A DNA stretch of 64,000 nucleotides from Methanomassiliicoccaceae archaeon. Its GTDB lineage: Archaea > Thermoplasmatota > Thermoplasmata > Methanomassiliicoccales > UBA472. The notes beneath the pieces are model-generated. The model was not told the DNA's origin. It was given only the letters and a program-made list of their open reading frames with translations, and made no database searches. Both the position numbers and the translations under genes were made by a program. Below are positions 10,774 through 20,444 of the stretch, one piece after another. Position 1 is the first letter of the stretch. Each line of letters starts with the position of its first letter. Where the stretch lies: the NCBI GenBank assembly GCA_963751645.1, contig CAVVVD010000007.1, forward strand, positions 12,330 through 76,329. The letters are read 5' to 3'.

Positions 10774-11721
10774 TCAGCCAAAGGTGTAGGCGTAGATGTG
10801 GAATCGATCTTTGTCAGTGATGATCTTTAACTCGTGCTCACCGAATTCCTTGGACTTGATAATGTAGAACATGTCGTTACGGTCGATGCGCAACCATGAT
10901 CGGTTATCATGGAAGTAGATGTCCTGGCCAGCCTCTTCCGGCAACAACGGTCGGTCGTCCATCCGCACCTCCACCTCAATCACTTCATCCGAGGACATGA
11001 CCGCATAGACCTCCTTGGCCCGATAGCGGAGAAGGACATGGCCCGTACCGCTGCCCGCATACTGCAGGAACTGGGTATCGTGATACCATTGTCCGTGCAG
11101 GTAGATCGCTCCGGCCTCATGCTCCATCTCATCATTGTACTGGCAGACCTTCATGGCCTCGCAGTCCACGTCGTTGCCGATACCTTTGTTGCGCAAAGCC
11201 CCGGCATAGGTCTCGTGGGTGGTGCGAGGATCGAAATCCTTCGACGTCTCCCGGACCTCGGCCAGCTCCACCTCTACCCCCATCTCTTTGAGCAGACGTA
11301 CTATCCAGGCCTCGATCTCCAGCTCCCCGCCCTCACCTGCGTGGATATGTCGGATCATTCCATCCTTGTCGATGAAGTATTGCGCAGGCCAGTAGCGGTT
11401 CTCGAAGGCCGCCCAGGTGGCCATGTCGTTGTCGGCGGCTATGGGGTATTCCAATCGGTGCCTCTTGATCGCCTTCCGTAGGTTCTCGGGCTCCTTCTCG
11501 AAGTCGAACTCCGGACTGTGCACGCCGATCATGACGAAGGGATGGTCCTTGAAAGTGGACCAGACCCGACGCATGTGCGGCAATGTTCGCAGGCAGTTGA
11601 TGCAGGAGTAGGTCCAGAAGTCGATCATCACCACCTTGCCGCGCAACTGTGACATGCTCAACGGTGGCGAGTTGTACCATTCGATGGCTTCCAGCGCTGG
11701 GGCGAGGCGACGGTCGAACAT
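10774..11721 (-). CDS. thioredoxin-fold redoxin (DipZ C-terminal-like thiol:disulfide oxidoreductase)
   Basis: ATG at 11721 ('MFDRRLAPALEAIEWYNSPPLS'). CxxC active site 'FWTYSCINCLRTLP', followed by a C-terminal beta-rich domain as in DipZ-type proteins. The longer ORF extending to 11976 is Arg/Gly/Pro-rich and implausible. Confidence 0.65.
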   Translation of the reverse strand: MFDRRLAPALEAIEWYNSPPLSMSQLRGKVVMIDFWTYSCINCLRTLPHMRRVWSTFKDHPFVMIGVHSPEFDFEKEPENLRKAIKRHRLEYPIAADNDMATWAAFENRYWPAQYFIDKDGMIRHIHAGEGGELEIEAWIVRLLKEMGVEVELAEVRETSKDFDPRTTHETYAGALRNKGIGNDVDCEAMKVCQYNDEMEHEAGAIYLHGQWYHDTQFLQYAGSGTGHVLLRYRAKEVYAVMSSDEVIEVEVRMDDRPLLPEEAGQDIYFHDNRSWLRIDRNDMFYIIKSKEFGEHELKIITDKDRFHIYAYTFG

Positions 11722-11747
11722 GGGCCGAGCGAGGGAGCGGAATGTAA

Positions 11748-12206
11748 TTAATTGTTGTCCTTCACCTTGGACACCAGGTCCTTCGCCTGCTCGAGGTCGA
11801 CCACCCGGAGCGTCTTTTCCAGATCGGGCACCTTGGACAGGTTGCGCGCCTCGGGACGGCTGGTGATATAGAGGTCCACGGACCACAGGGTGGCCAAGGA
11901 CATGTGGGCCAGTTCGGGGGACGACACGAAGTTGGCACCTCCCCTCCGCAGGACCTCGTCCAGATGGGTCATGCAATCCTGCCAGCCCTTCTTGGGCTGC
12001 AGGACCTCCAGACGCAGGTCTCGGACCAGGTCCACTAGCATGTACTGGACCTCCTTCTCCCCCTCCATCATCACGGACAGCGCCTCACCGACCACCGTGG
12101 TCGACGTCACCAACTGATGGTTGCGCCGGAGGAAACGTAATTTGGCCAGGACCGATGCGTCACGTAGTGCGTCGTTGAGGACGCAATAGTCCAGGAAGAT
12201 CTGCAT
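11748..12206 (-). CDS. hypothetical protein, PIN-domain-like
   Basis: ATG at 12206. 'MQIFLDYCVLND' and 'VVGEAL' resemble PIN motifs 1-2, but the later acidic residues are not clearly conserved. Confidence 0.3.
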   Translation of the reverse strand: MQIFLDYCVLNDALRDASVLAKLRFLRRNHQLVTSTTVVGEALSVMMEGEKEVQYMLVDLVRDLRLEVLQPKKGWQDCMTHLDEVLRRGGANFVSSPELAHMSLATLWSVDLYITSRPEARNLSKVPDLEKTLRVVDLEQAKDLVSKVKDNN

Positions 12207-12216
12207 GTCCTGCCCC

Positions 12217-12840
12217 TCAGTCCACCAGCAACAACCCGGTCCAGATGGCCTTGCCCTCGGCCGGGTACTTGATCGGCACACCGGCCTTGTCTGCGGTGGC
12301 GATGACGTCTATACCAACCGCCTCCATGCTTGGCCTGGCGGTGAATGGATGACGGCAAGGGTTGCCAGGCCCGACGCAGGACTCGCAGAGCGAACAGGGT
12401 CCGGCGGCGAGGGCGGTGGCGAAGCGGTAGCCCATGCGGCAGGCCTCCCTCTCCAGCTGACCCAAGGCCTCCATCATCCTCTTGGAGGCGTCCTCCATCG
12501 TGTTCTTGTATTCACGTTGCCCCTCCAGATCCGCCAAGGAGGCTCCCTTGATGTCCTGCAGCAGCTCGTCATTGAGGACGATGTCGAACTGCACGATGAT
12601 GGCGGAATCGTACTTCTCCAGAGCCTCGACGAACTCAGCGGGTGAGATGGTGTGGGGAGGGCACATGAGGCTCCGCCCGTAGTTGGGGCAAATCGGTACC
12701 TGACACTTCAACCGGACCCTTGGGTCCGTGAAGATCAGGTCCACCGACAGCGGTACCGCCCTGGAGGCTCCGTACTCCTTAGCCTTGGCGCATAGGATAG
12801 TGAGGTCGTCGAACTTGGTGGTCATGTCGATGATGACCAT
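12217..12840 (-). CDS. DUF2284 Cys-rich metal-binding protein
   Basis: 'CQVPICPNYGRSLMCPP' and 'GPCSLCESCVGPGNPCRHP' match the DUF2284 cysteine pattern. Confidence 0.6.
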   Translation of the reverse strand: MVIIDMTTKFDDLTILCAKAKEYGASRAVPLSVDLIFTDPRVRLKCQVPICPNYGRSLMCPPHTISPAEFVEALEKYDSAIIVQFDIVLNDELLQDIKGASLADLEGQREYKNTMEDASKRMMEALGQLEREACRMGYRFATALAAGPCSLCESCVGPGNPCRHPFTARPSMEAVGIDVIATADKAGVPIKYPAEGKAIWTGLLLVD

Positions 12841-12855
12841 CGTCTTGCCCGGTAA

Positions 12856-14112
12856 TTAGCTTTCGTTCAACCCCTCGGGCGGAGGAGGTGCAACCTCCTC
12901 CTCGTATGGCTTGACGTTCCTGAAATTGAGATAGAATGCAGTGATGGCGATGATATATATCACTGCGGCCAGGAAGAACGGCAATGTAAGGAGGCCGGCC
13001 GCCAGCATCGAACCTCCGATGAAGGTCGTCACCGAGTTCGGGACACGCCACACGATGGAGTTGATGGCGCTGGCCAGGCCGCGATCGTCCTTATCGACGA
13101 TGCCCATCATGTAGGAGTCGAAGATCGGCCAGGCCATGTTCATCAATGCGGAACGGATCAGGAACATCGCACCAGCCAGGACGGCACCGGGCATGATCGG
13201 TATCGCCACCATGAAGACGGTCGACAGCGCCTGGGTGATCACTATGCCCTTCACCTGTCCGAAGCGATGGGAAAGCCGTGAGCTCAACAACGCGGCGAAC
13301 GCTATCGATAGGCTGGATAAGGCCAGCAGCGGCCCTGTGACCGAGTCGGGCAGACCATATTGCAAAAAGAACCATGTCGGTATGAGCGGAATGATGAGAC
13401 CTGCGCCAAGACCGATCAAGGTATTGTTGATCGAGAACCTCACCAACGTCTTTTTGCTCTTCTCCTTCAGCAAGGTCCCTCGACGTAGCTTCGCTCCCGG
13501 TGCCTTGTCCTTGTAGCCCTTGAGCAGGAAGAGCAGGGAGATCGGCGAGATGGCTGTGACGAACATGAGCACGACGAAGGCGCCCGAGTGCACCTGGACC
13601 GAGGACAGCCCCGTCAGGTCCTGAATGGTCGGGAAGAGTATGGGCAGGGCCAGACCGATGCCGTAGAAGCAACCGTTGACGATGAACGACATGGAGAAGG
13701 CCATGTCCCGGTTGTCGACCGTGGTCTGGTCGGCGATCATGGCATTCCAAGTGGAGAGCAGAGCCCCCTCGGCGATGCCGATCACGATGCTTGCTATCAG
13801 GAAATAGACGGGATCGAGCGACAGCGCGCATAGCAACATAGCCACGGGCACGCCCACCAGGCCGATGATGAGGATCCATTTTCGTCCGATGCGGTCCGAC
13901 AGGATGCCGAAGGGGATGGCGCAGAAGATCATGGCCAGGCCCGAGGCTCCGATGATGAGGCCGATATCGACGGAGCTCACACCCTGCTCGGGGAGGTAGG
14001 CGGTGATGGCGGTGATGATGTAACCATAGCCGATCGCGCTGAACGATGCCAGTAAAATGAGCCATTTCACATTGTTCGGGACCTTCAGCCCGGCAAGGCC
14101 TTTCCTCCTCAT
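12856..14112 (-). CDS. MFS transporter
   Basis: 418 aa, about 12 TM segments, MFS motif A 'GILSDRIGRKW'. Confidence 0.8.
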   Translation of the reverse strand: MRRKGLAGLKVPNNVKWLILLASFSAIGYGYIITAITAYLPEQGVSSVDIGLIIGASGLAMIFCAIPFGILSDRIGRKWILIIGLVGVPVAMLLCALSLDPVYFLIASIVIGIAEGALLSTWNAMIADQTTVDNRDMAFSMSFIVNGCFYGIGLALPILFPTIQDLTGLSSVQVHSGAFVVLMFVTAISPISLLFLLKGYKDKAPGAKLRRGTLLKEKSKKTLVRFSINNTLIGLGAGLIIPLIPTWFFLQYGLPDSVTGPLLALSSLSIAFAALLSSRLSHRFGQVKGIVITQALSTVFMVAIPIMPGAVLAGAMFLIRSALMNMAWPIFDSYMMGIVDKDDRGLASAINSIVWRVPNSVTTFIGGSMLAAGLLTLPFFLAAVIYIIAITAFYLNFRNVKPYEEEVAPPPPEGLNES

Positions 14113-14181
14113 CGATGTCTGCGAAATTCGTAGGCGTATTTATCAACTTGGGACCAGGTGCATGGACCTGGCATCGGACGC

Positions 14182-15210
14182 TCAGGCCCGATCGGTCTGG
14201 CCATAGTGAACGGTGGCATCGATCAAGGCCATCAGGTTCTCCAGCGGCGTGCGTGGGGCGAGACCGCATCCAGGCGCAAGGACGTCGGCACCGGCATCGA
14301 GGCACGCCCTGACCTCCTTTGCCACCTCCTGCGGGCCCTGGAACAACAAGGTGGTGGTGGGACTGACATTCCCTATCAGGGCAGACCTTCCATCCAATCT
14401 CTCTTTTACCCATCGCATGTCCATGCACTGGTCCACGCTGATCCCATGGGCCTTCGTTCGAACCATCAGGCGCATGTTCGAGGCCGTGTCCCCACAGATG
14501 TGCAGGACGGAGCGCCCTCCACGCGTCAGCACCTCGTTGACCACCTCGGCCTGATAGGGCAGCGCAAACTCGGCATATTGTGCGGGACCGAGCAGATCGC
14601 CGCTCGATGTGGCATCGATGATGGTTATGACGTCCGCCCCTGTCTGGATCGCCGTCCGGGCATAGTCCGTGGCCCATCTCGTGGTGATGCCCAACAGCCT
14701 CCTCATCCCCGCCGGGTCTTGGATTATGTCCATGAGCGAGGCCTGGAGGCCATGCAACTGGCAGGCGAGCATGAACGGGCCGACGATGCCGCAGATGAGT
14801 GGGGTGGATGCCGTACGCTTTGAGAGCGCCTCGAGGGCGGAAAGGACCACGGGGGCTCTCCCATCCCTTGTGGGCTCTGGCACCTTCATCTCGTCCAGAC
14901 CGCGCAACGTCTGCATGATGGGCGCAAGGAGGGCGGGTTGTCTATCAATGCCCTCGAGGCCGGTGAGTGCCCCGAACGCGGACGCATCGACGGTGATGTC
15001 GAACGGGACCCGGACCGCCTCCAGCCCCGCCATGGAGTGGGCGGCCCAGGCCAGGTCGGCCATCCGCACCGGATCGTGGTGGGCCTCGGGCCATCTGGCC
15101 CTGCTCAACCTCATCAGGTCGACGGTACCTGTCTGCAATGGGCTGGCGCAAGGCACCCGGTCCACCTGCTCCCGGTCCAATGTCCTTAACAACCGCTCTC
15201 GCTGGTCCAT
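14182..15210 (-). CDS. URO-D-family methyltransferase (MtaA/MtbA-like methylcobamide:CoM methyltransferase)
   Basis: 342 aa. 'RVPCASPLQTGTVDLM', 'LICGIVGPFMLA', 'ITIIDATSSGDLLGP', 'LHICGDT' and 'LAPGCGLAPRTPLENL' are typical of the uroporphyrinogen-decarboxylase-fold corrinoid methyltransferases. Confidence 0.7.
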   Translation of the reverse strand: MDQRERLLRTLDREQVDRVPCASPLQTGTVDLMRLSRARWPEAHHDPVRMADLAWAAHSMAGLEAVRVPFDITVDASAFGALTGLEGIDRQPALLAPIMQTLRGLDEMKVPEPTRDGRAPVVLSALEALSKRTASTPLICGIVGPFMLACQLHGLQASLMDIIQDPAGMRRLLGITTRWATDYARTAIQTGADVITIIDATSSGDLLGPAQYAEFALPYQAEVVNEVLTRGGRSVLHICGDTASNMRLMVRTKAHGISVDQCMDMRWVKERLDGRSALIGNVSPTTTLLFQGPQEVAKEVRACLDAGADVLAPGCGLAPRTPLENLMALIDATVHYGQTDRA

Positions 15211-15245
15211 TCGCCCGGTCTCCTTCCTATCTTGGGGACTGTGGC

Positions 15246-15752
15246 TCAGGTCTTGCGCGGGATGATCTGGTCCAAGGCATCCAGGCTCAGCGAGTCGAAG
15301 ATCTCCTGCGCCAGTCGTACGTGCTCCTCACTATCTGCCGCCACTCCGTCGCGCAACAGGTAGGGATGTATGTCGCGGTCCATGGCCCCGACGTAGGTGG
15401 CCATGATGCACCCCATGGCACTTAGGCCGGCCAGGATGACGGTGTCGCATCCGTCCATCGCCAATATCTCCTGCAGCTCGGTCTTGTTGAAGGCGTTGGG
15501 ATAGGACTTGACCAGCATCAGGTCGGTGACCTCGATCTTCACGTCCGGGTGGAACTCGAACCCATCCGAGTCCGGTACCACACCCTCCTTGGGCTCTGAG
15601 TGGTAGACCACTATCAATGGCATCCCCCTCTCACGGAAAAGCCCGATGGCCCCGTTGATGGTGCCTAAGCGCCGCTCCAGGGTGCACTTCAGTCCTTCGC
15701 TCATGTTCAGCCACGCCCTCTGTACATCGATGACCAACAATGCCGGCTTCAT
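15246..15752 (-). CDS. isochorismatase-family cysteine hydrolase
   Basis: 'PALLVIDVQRAW' and the nucleophile region 'VILAGLSAMGCIMAT'. Confidence 0.7.
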   Translation of the reverse strand: MKPALLVIDVQRAWLNMSEGLKCTLERRLGTINGAIGLFRERGMPLIVVYHSEPKEGVVPDSDGFEFHPDVKIEVTDLMLVKSYPNAFNKTELQEILAMDGCDTVILAGLSAMGCIMATYVGAMDRDIHPYLLRDGVAADSEEHVRLAQEIFDSLSLDALDQIIPRKT

Positions 15753-15941
15753 CGTCTTCCTCCCGAACGTCCCTTCATGATGCTCATCTCACGATACTAT
15801 TACATGTGTCCACCTTGGACTTTTTGATTTCGGCGAACGGATGAGGCGAGCATCTACCCCGGACGGCGTGGGGATGCCCTCGCATGGTAACATAGGTAGA
15901 TTTATATTAGGACCGACCAAATATAATCCTCGGGATGCACT

Positions 15942-17096
15942 ATGACCGATCAATCGACCACATATGGGTCAGCTAATGCCAGGGTGTCGGGCGTCCCACT
16001 GCAGTCGCCTATCGCGACGACCCCAGCGGGAAGCTCGCAGTCAGATGATGAGATAAGGAGGATCGCCGAACAGCTCTCGGTCTGCATAAAGATCGTCGGT
16101 TGCGGAGGCGCGGGATGCAATACGATAAACAGGTGCGTCGCCGCCGGGATCACCGGGGCGCAGTTCTACGCACTCAACACCGATGCCAAGCACCTGTTGT
16201 CATTACAGGTCCCGACGAAGGTCCTGATAGGCAAGGCCACGACGAGGGGGTTGGGCGCCGGGGCCATCCCTCGCGTGGGGGAGCAAGCGGCCATCGAGAG
16301 CGGACGAGAGATCGGTGACCTGCTCACTGGTGCGAACATGGTGTTCGTGACGGCGGGCATGGGTGGAGGGACCGGGACGGGGTCCGCTCACTATGTGGCG
16401 GAAGTGGCCAAGCAACAGATGCGGGCCCTCACCATCGGCGTCGTCACTCTGCCGTTCCGGGCGGAGGGCACGGTGCGCATGGAGAACGCACTGGCCGGAC
16501 TGCAGCGACTGACCGCTGTCTGCGATACCACCATCGTGATCATGAACGACAAGTTGCTGGAGCTCGTCCCCAAGTTGCCCGTGGAAGCGGCCTTCAAGGT
16601 GGCGGACGAGGTCCTGATGCAGACCATAAAGGGATTGACCGAGATCATCACCGAGCCTGGTCTGGTCAACCTGGACTATGCTGACATCCAGACCATAATG
16701 GACGAGGGTGGCATGGCCTTTGTCGGGATCGGGGAGTCCGACGCCGACGATGGTCGCGTGGAGCACGCTGTGCACGAAGCGCTGAACTCGCCCTTGCTTG
16801 GAAACATCGACATGAAGGGCTCCCGGGGCGCCATGGTGCGAGTGATCGGCGGTCCGGACATGACCGTCGATGAGGCCCAAAAGGCGGCGGAGATAGTGAC
16901 CCATAACGTCAGCCCAGGGGCCAGGATCATATGGGGGTGCTCTGTCGATCCCTCCCTGGAGAGGACGATAAAGGTGCTCCTCATCTTCACCGGGGCCCGG
17001 TCGCCCCAGCTCCTAGGCCGGGGGATCGAGACCACCCTGGACGACATAACCATCGAGGGAGCGCAAAGCACTGGGAAGAGGGCGGCGCGCACATAG
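15942..17096 (+). CDS. ftsZ: cell division GTPase FtsZ
   Basis: '[16 protein letters not shown]', '[11 protein letters not shown]' and the tubulin signature '[12 protein letters not shown]'. About 45 aa of low-complexity N-terminal extension. Confidence 0.95.
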   Translation: MTDQSTTYGSANARVSGVPLQSPIATTPAGSSQSDDEIRRIAEQLSVCIKIVGCGGAGCNTINRCVAAGITGAQFYALNTDAKHLLSLQVPTKVLIGKATTRGLGAGAIPRVGEQAAIESGREIGDLLTGANMVFVTAGMGGGTGTGSAHYVAEVAKQQMRALTIGVVTLPFRAEGTVRMENALAGLQRLTAVCDTTIVIMNDKLLELVPKLPVEAAFKVADEVLMQTIKGLTEIITEPGLVNLDYADIQTIMDEGGMAFVGIGESDADDGRVEHAVHEALNSPLLGNIDMKGSRGAMVRVIGGPDMTVDEAQKAAEIVTHNVSPGARIIWGCSVDPSLERTIKVLLIFTGARSPQLLGRGIETTLDDITIEGAQSTGKRAART

Positions 17097-17269
17097 GTTC
17101 ACAGAACATCTGATCGTCGCCATCGGATCTGAGCGAGCTTAAGGCCCATGGACATACAGAGGACCTCTTGACAACCTCACCGGTGCCTTTGGCCATGGAA
17201 AGGTCCGATGAAATATCTTTTAATTGCCCTGGAATGGTCGTTCTTCAACTTTCATCCGAGCTCATTTCC

Positions 17270-18916
17270 TCATTTGGGACCGAGCTGGTGATTGTTGTTC
17301 GCCCCATTCTTTCCATTTAGGTATCCCGGGTTCATCGGGTCGATGTGATTGCTCCGGGTCGACGGTAGGGTGATGAAGAACGTGGACCCTTTCCCAATCT
17401 CAGACTCCACCCAGATATTTCCCCCATAGTGCTCCACGATCTTCTTGCACAGGGCCAGACCTATCCCGGTGCCGGGATATTTCTCGGTGTTTCTGGCCTT
17501 CTTGAACAATTGGAAGATGCGCTCGTGGTCCGACGGACCAATCCCGATCCCATTGTCGCTCACACCTAACAACCATCTCCCCGCCTGTTTCCCCGTGAAG
17601 ATGTGGATACGGGGTGGTTCCTCGGAGCGGAACCGTATGGCATTGAAGAGTAGGTTCTGGATCAGCTGGAGCATCCGGGACCTCTCGGCCATGATGGTAG
17701 GCAACGGATCGGCGGTGATGACCGCTCCGGTGTCCTTTATCGCCAGGGAAAGATTCTGGGTCGCGGTCACCAGGACCTCTTGAAGGTCCACCAGGGTCTC
17801 AGGTGCATGGGAGGTCTCGACCTGGGACAAAAGTAAGATGTCGTCGATCATCGACTCCATCCTCTTAGCACCGTCCAATGCGAAACCCATGAACTCCCTG
17901 CCCTGATCGTCCAGCTTGTCCCTGTATCTCTTGTCGATGAGTTCGAGGTAGTTCATGACCATCCGTAATGGCTCGCGGAGGTCATGGGAGGCGATGGATG
18001 CGAATTGCTGCAGGTCGCTGTTGGACCTCTCCAACTTCCTTTCCATTTCCTTCATGCGCGTGATGTCCATGAAGGCCCCCACGGCACCGCCCCTTATGCC
18101 CTTCTCGAATTCGATAGGGGCGCTGGATATCATCATGGTGGTTATGCTCCCATCGGGATTCTCGATGTCCACCTCCTCCCGGTCGATCCTCTCCCCCTTA
18201 AGAGCCCTTTCCAGTGGCCAGTCCTCCGGTCTCAATTCCTCATCGGACTCGGCCCGGTACACACGGTGCTCGGAGAACGGGTTGCCCACCTCCGGATATG
18301 CCGACTCCCTCCACATCCCTTCGCTGATCTGGTTGGTATCCACCACCGCCCCATCCTTGTCCGTGACGATTATGCCGACGGGTAAGGTGTCCAGGATGCT
18401 TCGGAGCCGAGCGCTTTCCGCTTCCTTTCCGGCTAAGGCGAAGTGCTCGGTGACATCGGTGATGGTGGCACGCAATAGATAGGGCCTCTCTTTGTCCGGG
18501 ATTGTGTCCAGCTGTACCAGGCGTGAGCTGTCCCTTAGCTTGAGAACGCTGCTGTGCATGCCACCGTTATCGAAGGCACGCCTCAGGTGGTTTTCAAGCT
18601 GCCCTTGATGTTCTGGATCGATGAAATCGGACAAGTTGCGATTGGTCATCGCGCTCTTGGGCCGGTCGAGGAGGATGGTAAGGGTGCGGTTGGAGCGTCG
18701 GATGCCGCCGTCCTTGCTCATGGTCAGATAGCCCAAGGGAGCGTCCTCATAGAGGTCGAGATAACGTCTCTTCTCCCTCTCCAGGTCCTGGAGGATGCCC
18801 TTCATCTCCTTCTCGGCCTGCCCCATGGTGGCCTCCTGGGCCATGGACTCGGGGCCTTTTTCCCCCTTCCACCCTGGCTGGGGCTGAAGCATGTCGACGT
18901 CGGCCTGTTTGCGCAA
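17270..18916 (-). CDS. cytoplasmic PAS-PAS sensor histidine kinase
   Basis: H-box 'FASIASHDLREPL', N-box 'LLFNAIRF', G1 'VSDNGIGI', G2 'GTGIGLALCK'. Two PAS-like modules lie upstream. No TM segments. Confidence 0.85.
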   Translation of the reverse strand: MRKQADVDMLQPQPGWKGEKGPESMAQEATMGQAEKEMKGILQDLEREKRRYLDLYEDAPLGYLTMSKDGGIRRSNRTLTILLDRPKSAMTNRNLSDFIDPEHQGQLENHLRRAFDNGGMHSSVLKLRDSSRLVQLDTIPDKERPYLLRATITDVTEHFALAGKEAESARLRSILDTLPVGIIVTDKDGAVVDTNQISEGMWRESAYPEVGNPFSEHRVYRAESDEELRPEDWPLERALKGERIDREEVDIENPDGSITTMMISSAPIEFEKGIRGGAVGAFMDITRMKEMERKLERSNSDLQQFASIASHDLREPLRMVMNYLELIDKRYRDKLDDQGREFMGFALDGAKRMESMIDDILLLSQVETSHAPETLVDLQEVLVTATQNLSLAIKDTGAVITADPLPTIMAERSRMLQLIQNLLFNAIRFRSEEPPRIHIFTGKQAGRWLLGVSDNGIGIGPSDHERIFQLFKKARNTEKYPGTGIGLALCKKIVEHYGGNIWVESEIGKGSTFFITLPSTRSNHIDPMNPGYLNGKNGANNNHQLGPK

Positions 18917-19196
18917 CTGCCTTTCGTTGTTCTTTGGATTCCTTATACCTCACCCCTCCCTTGCGTTTTTGGCGTTTTCTTATGGTGGTCTGACAGAGGA
19001 TATATTGGAATTGTAAGTTATTCTTTTTTCGATTTGGGGTTCGGATAAGACACCCGATGAGAAGGATCCATTCGTTAACGAACTATCTGGAAATTGAACG
19101 GAATGAGCCCGTTGATAGCATTGACGGGAATGTTCTGGAAGGGTTTTATTTACCACCCTCTCCAATCATCCAGAAGGTGATGGGACGATCAGATAC

Positions 19197-19712
19197 GTGG
19201 CATTCTTACGGGGTATCAATGTCGGTGGTCACAACCAGATCGGGATGACAGACCTGGTCCGCCGTCTTTCCACGCTGGGGATGAAGGACGTGATCAGTTA
19301 CAAGCAGAGCGGGAACATCATCTTCGGAACGGACTTGGCGGCAGAGGGAGCGGTAGTGAGGATGATCGAGGACGATCTCGCATCCATTTGCAAGGATGTC
19401 ATCGTCTTCCTCAGGACGCTGTCACAGGTCGAGGGCATGGTCCGGTCAAAACCTTTCAAGGATAGGATGGTTGACGGATCGATGAGGTACGTCACCTTCC
19501 TTCCAGAAGAGACGAGGACATTGAAGACGCCCATCTGGACCACGAACAAGGACGTGGAGGTGTTCCGTGTTCAGGGGATGGAGGCCTTCAGTCTCGCCTA
19601 CAAGAAGGGTGAGCACTTCGGCCAACCGAATGCGATCCTGGAGCGCCTCCTCGAGGTGAAGGCGACGACGAGGAACTGGAACTCCATCGAGGGCATAGTG
19701 AATTCAATATAG
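19197..19712 (+). CDS. DUF1697 protein
   Basis: 'VAFLRGINVGGHNQIGMTDL' is the DUF1697 N-terminal signature. The ORF starts at a GTG, and an ATG at 19180 lies one base out of frame. Confidence 0.6.
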   Translation: MAFLRGINVGGHNQIGMTDLVRRLSTLGMKDVISYKQSGNIIFGTDLAAEGAVVRMIEDDLASICKDVIVFLRTLSQVEGMVRSKPFKDRMVDGSMRYVTFLPEETRTLKTPIWTTNKDVEVFRVQGMEAFSLAYKKGEHFGQPNAILERLLEVKATTRNWNSIEGIVNSI

Positions 19713-19759
19713 GGGTGGACATCGAAGGCTGCCCAGGGTGAGGTCTCCCATTTTGCGCT

Positions 19760-20332
19760 TCATCTCGACCGGTATTGTCTGCCCGAGTTCCAGGCCTTCC
19801 CGATCGGTTCTCCTACCGTCCAATAGCTCTTGGATCCCATTTCGAAGAGGAGGGGGTCGAGCTTGCGGATGTCTATGGCCCCGTCTGTGAGCACATTCGG
19901 GTCCACGTGGGTCATCACTATCTCCCCGATGAATATCTCGTGAGAGCCCAGCTCCAACGTCTGGTGGAGACGGCATTCCATCGATACTGGACATTCTTCG
20001 ATCAAGGGTGCCGCCTTCAGCGAGCCGAAGACGGTCTTGAACACCGTGCTCTTGTCCTCGTTCCTACCGGAGACCAGGCCGAGGTGGTCGGTGGCCTCCA
20101 TCATCGCTGCACTGGGTATGTTGACACTGAACTCCCTGCTCTCCCGGATACCTAGGTTGGTATAGTGCGAGCGGTGCATTCCCACCGATATGTATTGGGG
20201 CTTTCCGAAGTTGAGGACGCCCACGTGGGCTATCGGACAGTAGTTCGAGATTCCGGCGACCATCGATCCGACCAGGGTGACCGGCATAGGGTAGAGTGCC
20301 AGGAGTGGGCCCATCTCTTGCTTCATGATCAA
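19760..20332 (-). CDS. flavin reductase-like FMN-binding domain protein
   Basis: 'PMPVTLVGS', 'REFSVNIPS', 'VSMECRL...HEIFIGEIV' pattern of the flavin reductase-like domain. Confidence 0.65.
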   Translation of the reverse strand: MIMKQEMGPLLALYPMPVTLVGSMVAGISNYCPIAHVGVLNFGKPQYISVGMHRSHYTNLGIRESREFSVNIPSAAMMEATDHLGLVSGRNEDKSTVFKTVFGSLKAAPLIEECPVSMECRLHQTLELGSHEIFIGEIVMTHVDPNVLTDGAIDIRKLDPLLFEMGSKSYWTVGEPIGKAWNSGRQYRSR

Positions 20333-20444
20333 GAAAATTGAATGGAGGGATATTTTATGGTTGATGGTGGAAGTAAAATGGTCCCGACCTTGGAGGGTGG
20401 GATCGGGGCCAAAGAATGTTGGGCTCCTCGGTCAATGCCTAGAC

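Noticed and set aside
13091-14677. 528-aa minus-strand ORF spanning the MFS transporter and the MtaA-like gene region
   Set aside because: It is an out-of-frame shadow ORF in high-GC DNA. The translation is Arg/Gly/His/Pro-rich with no motifs, and it overlaps two genes whose own frames carry clear family signatures.
19180-19199. Possible additional frameshift at the DUF1697 start (an ATG at 19180 is one base out of frame with the GTG-initiated ORF)
   Set aside because: The GTG at 19197 directly precedes the conserved 'AFLRGINVGG' and is an adequate start, so no disruption of conserved sequence is needed to explain the gene.
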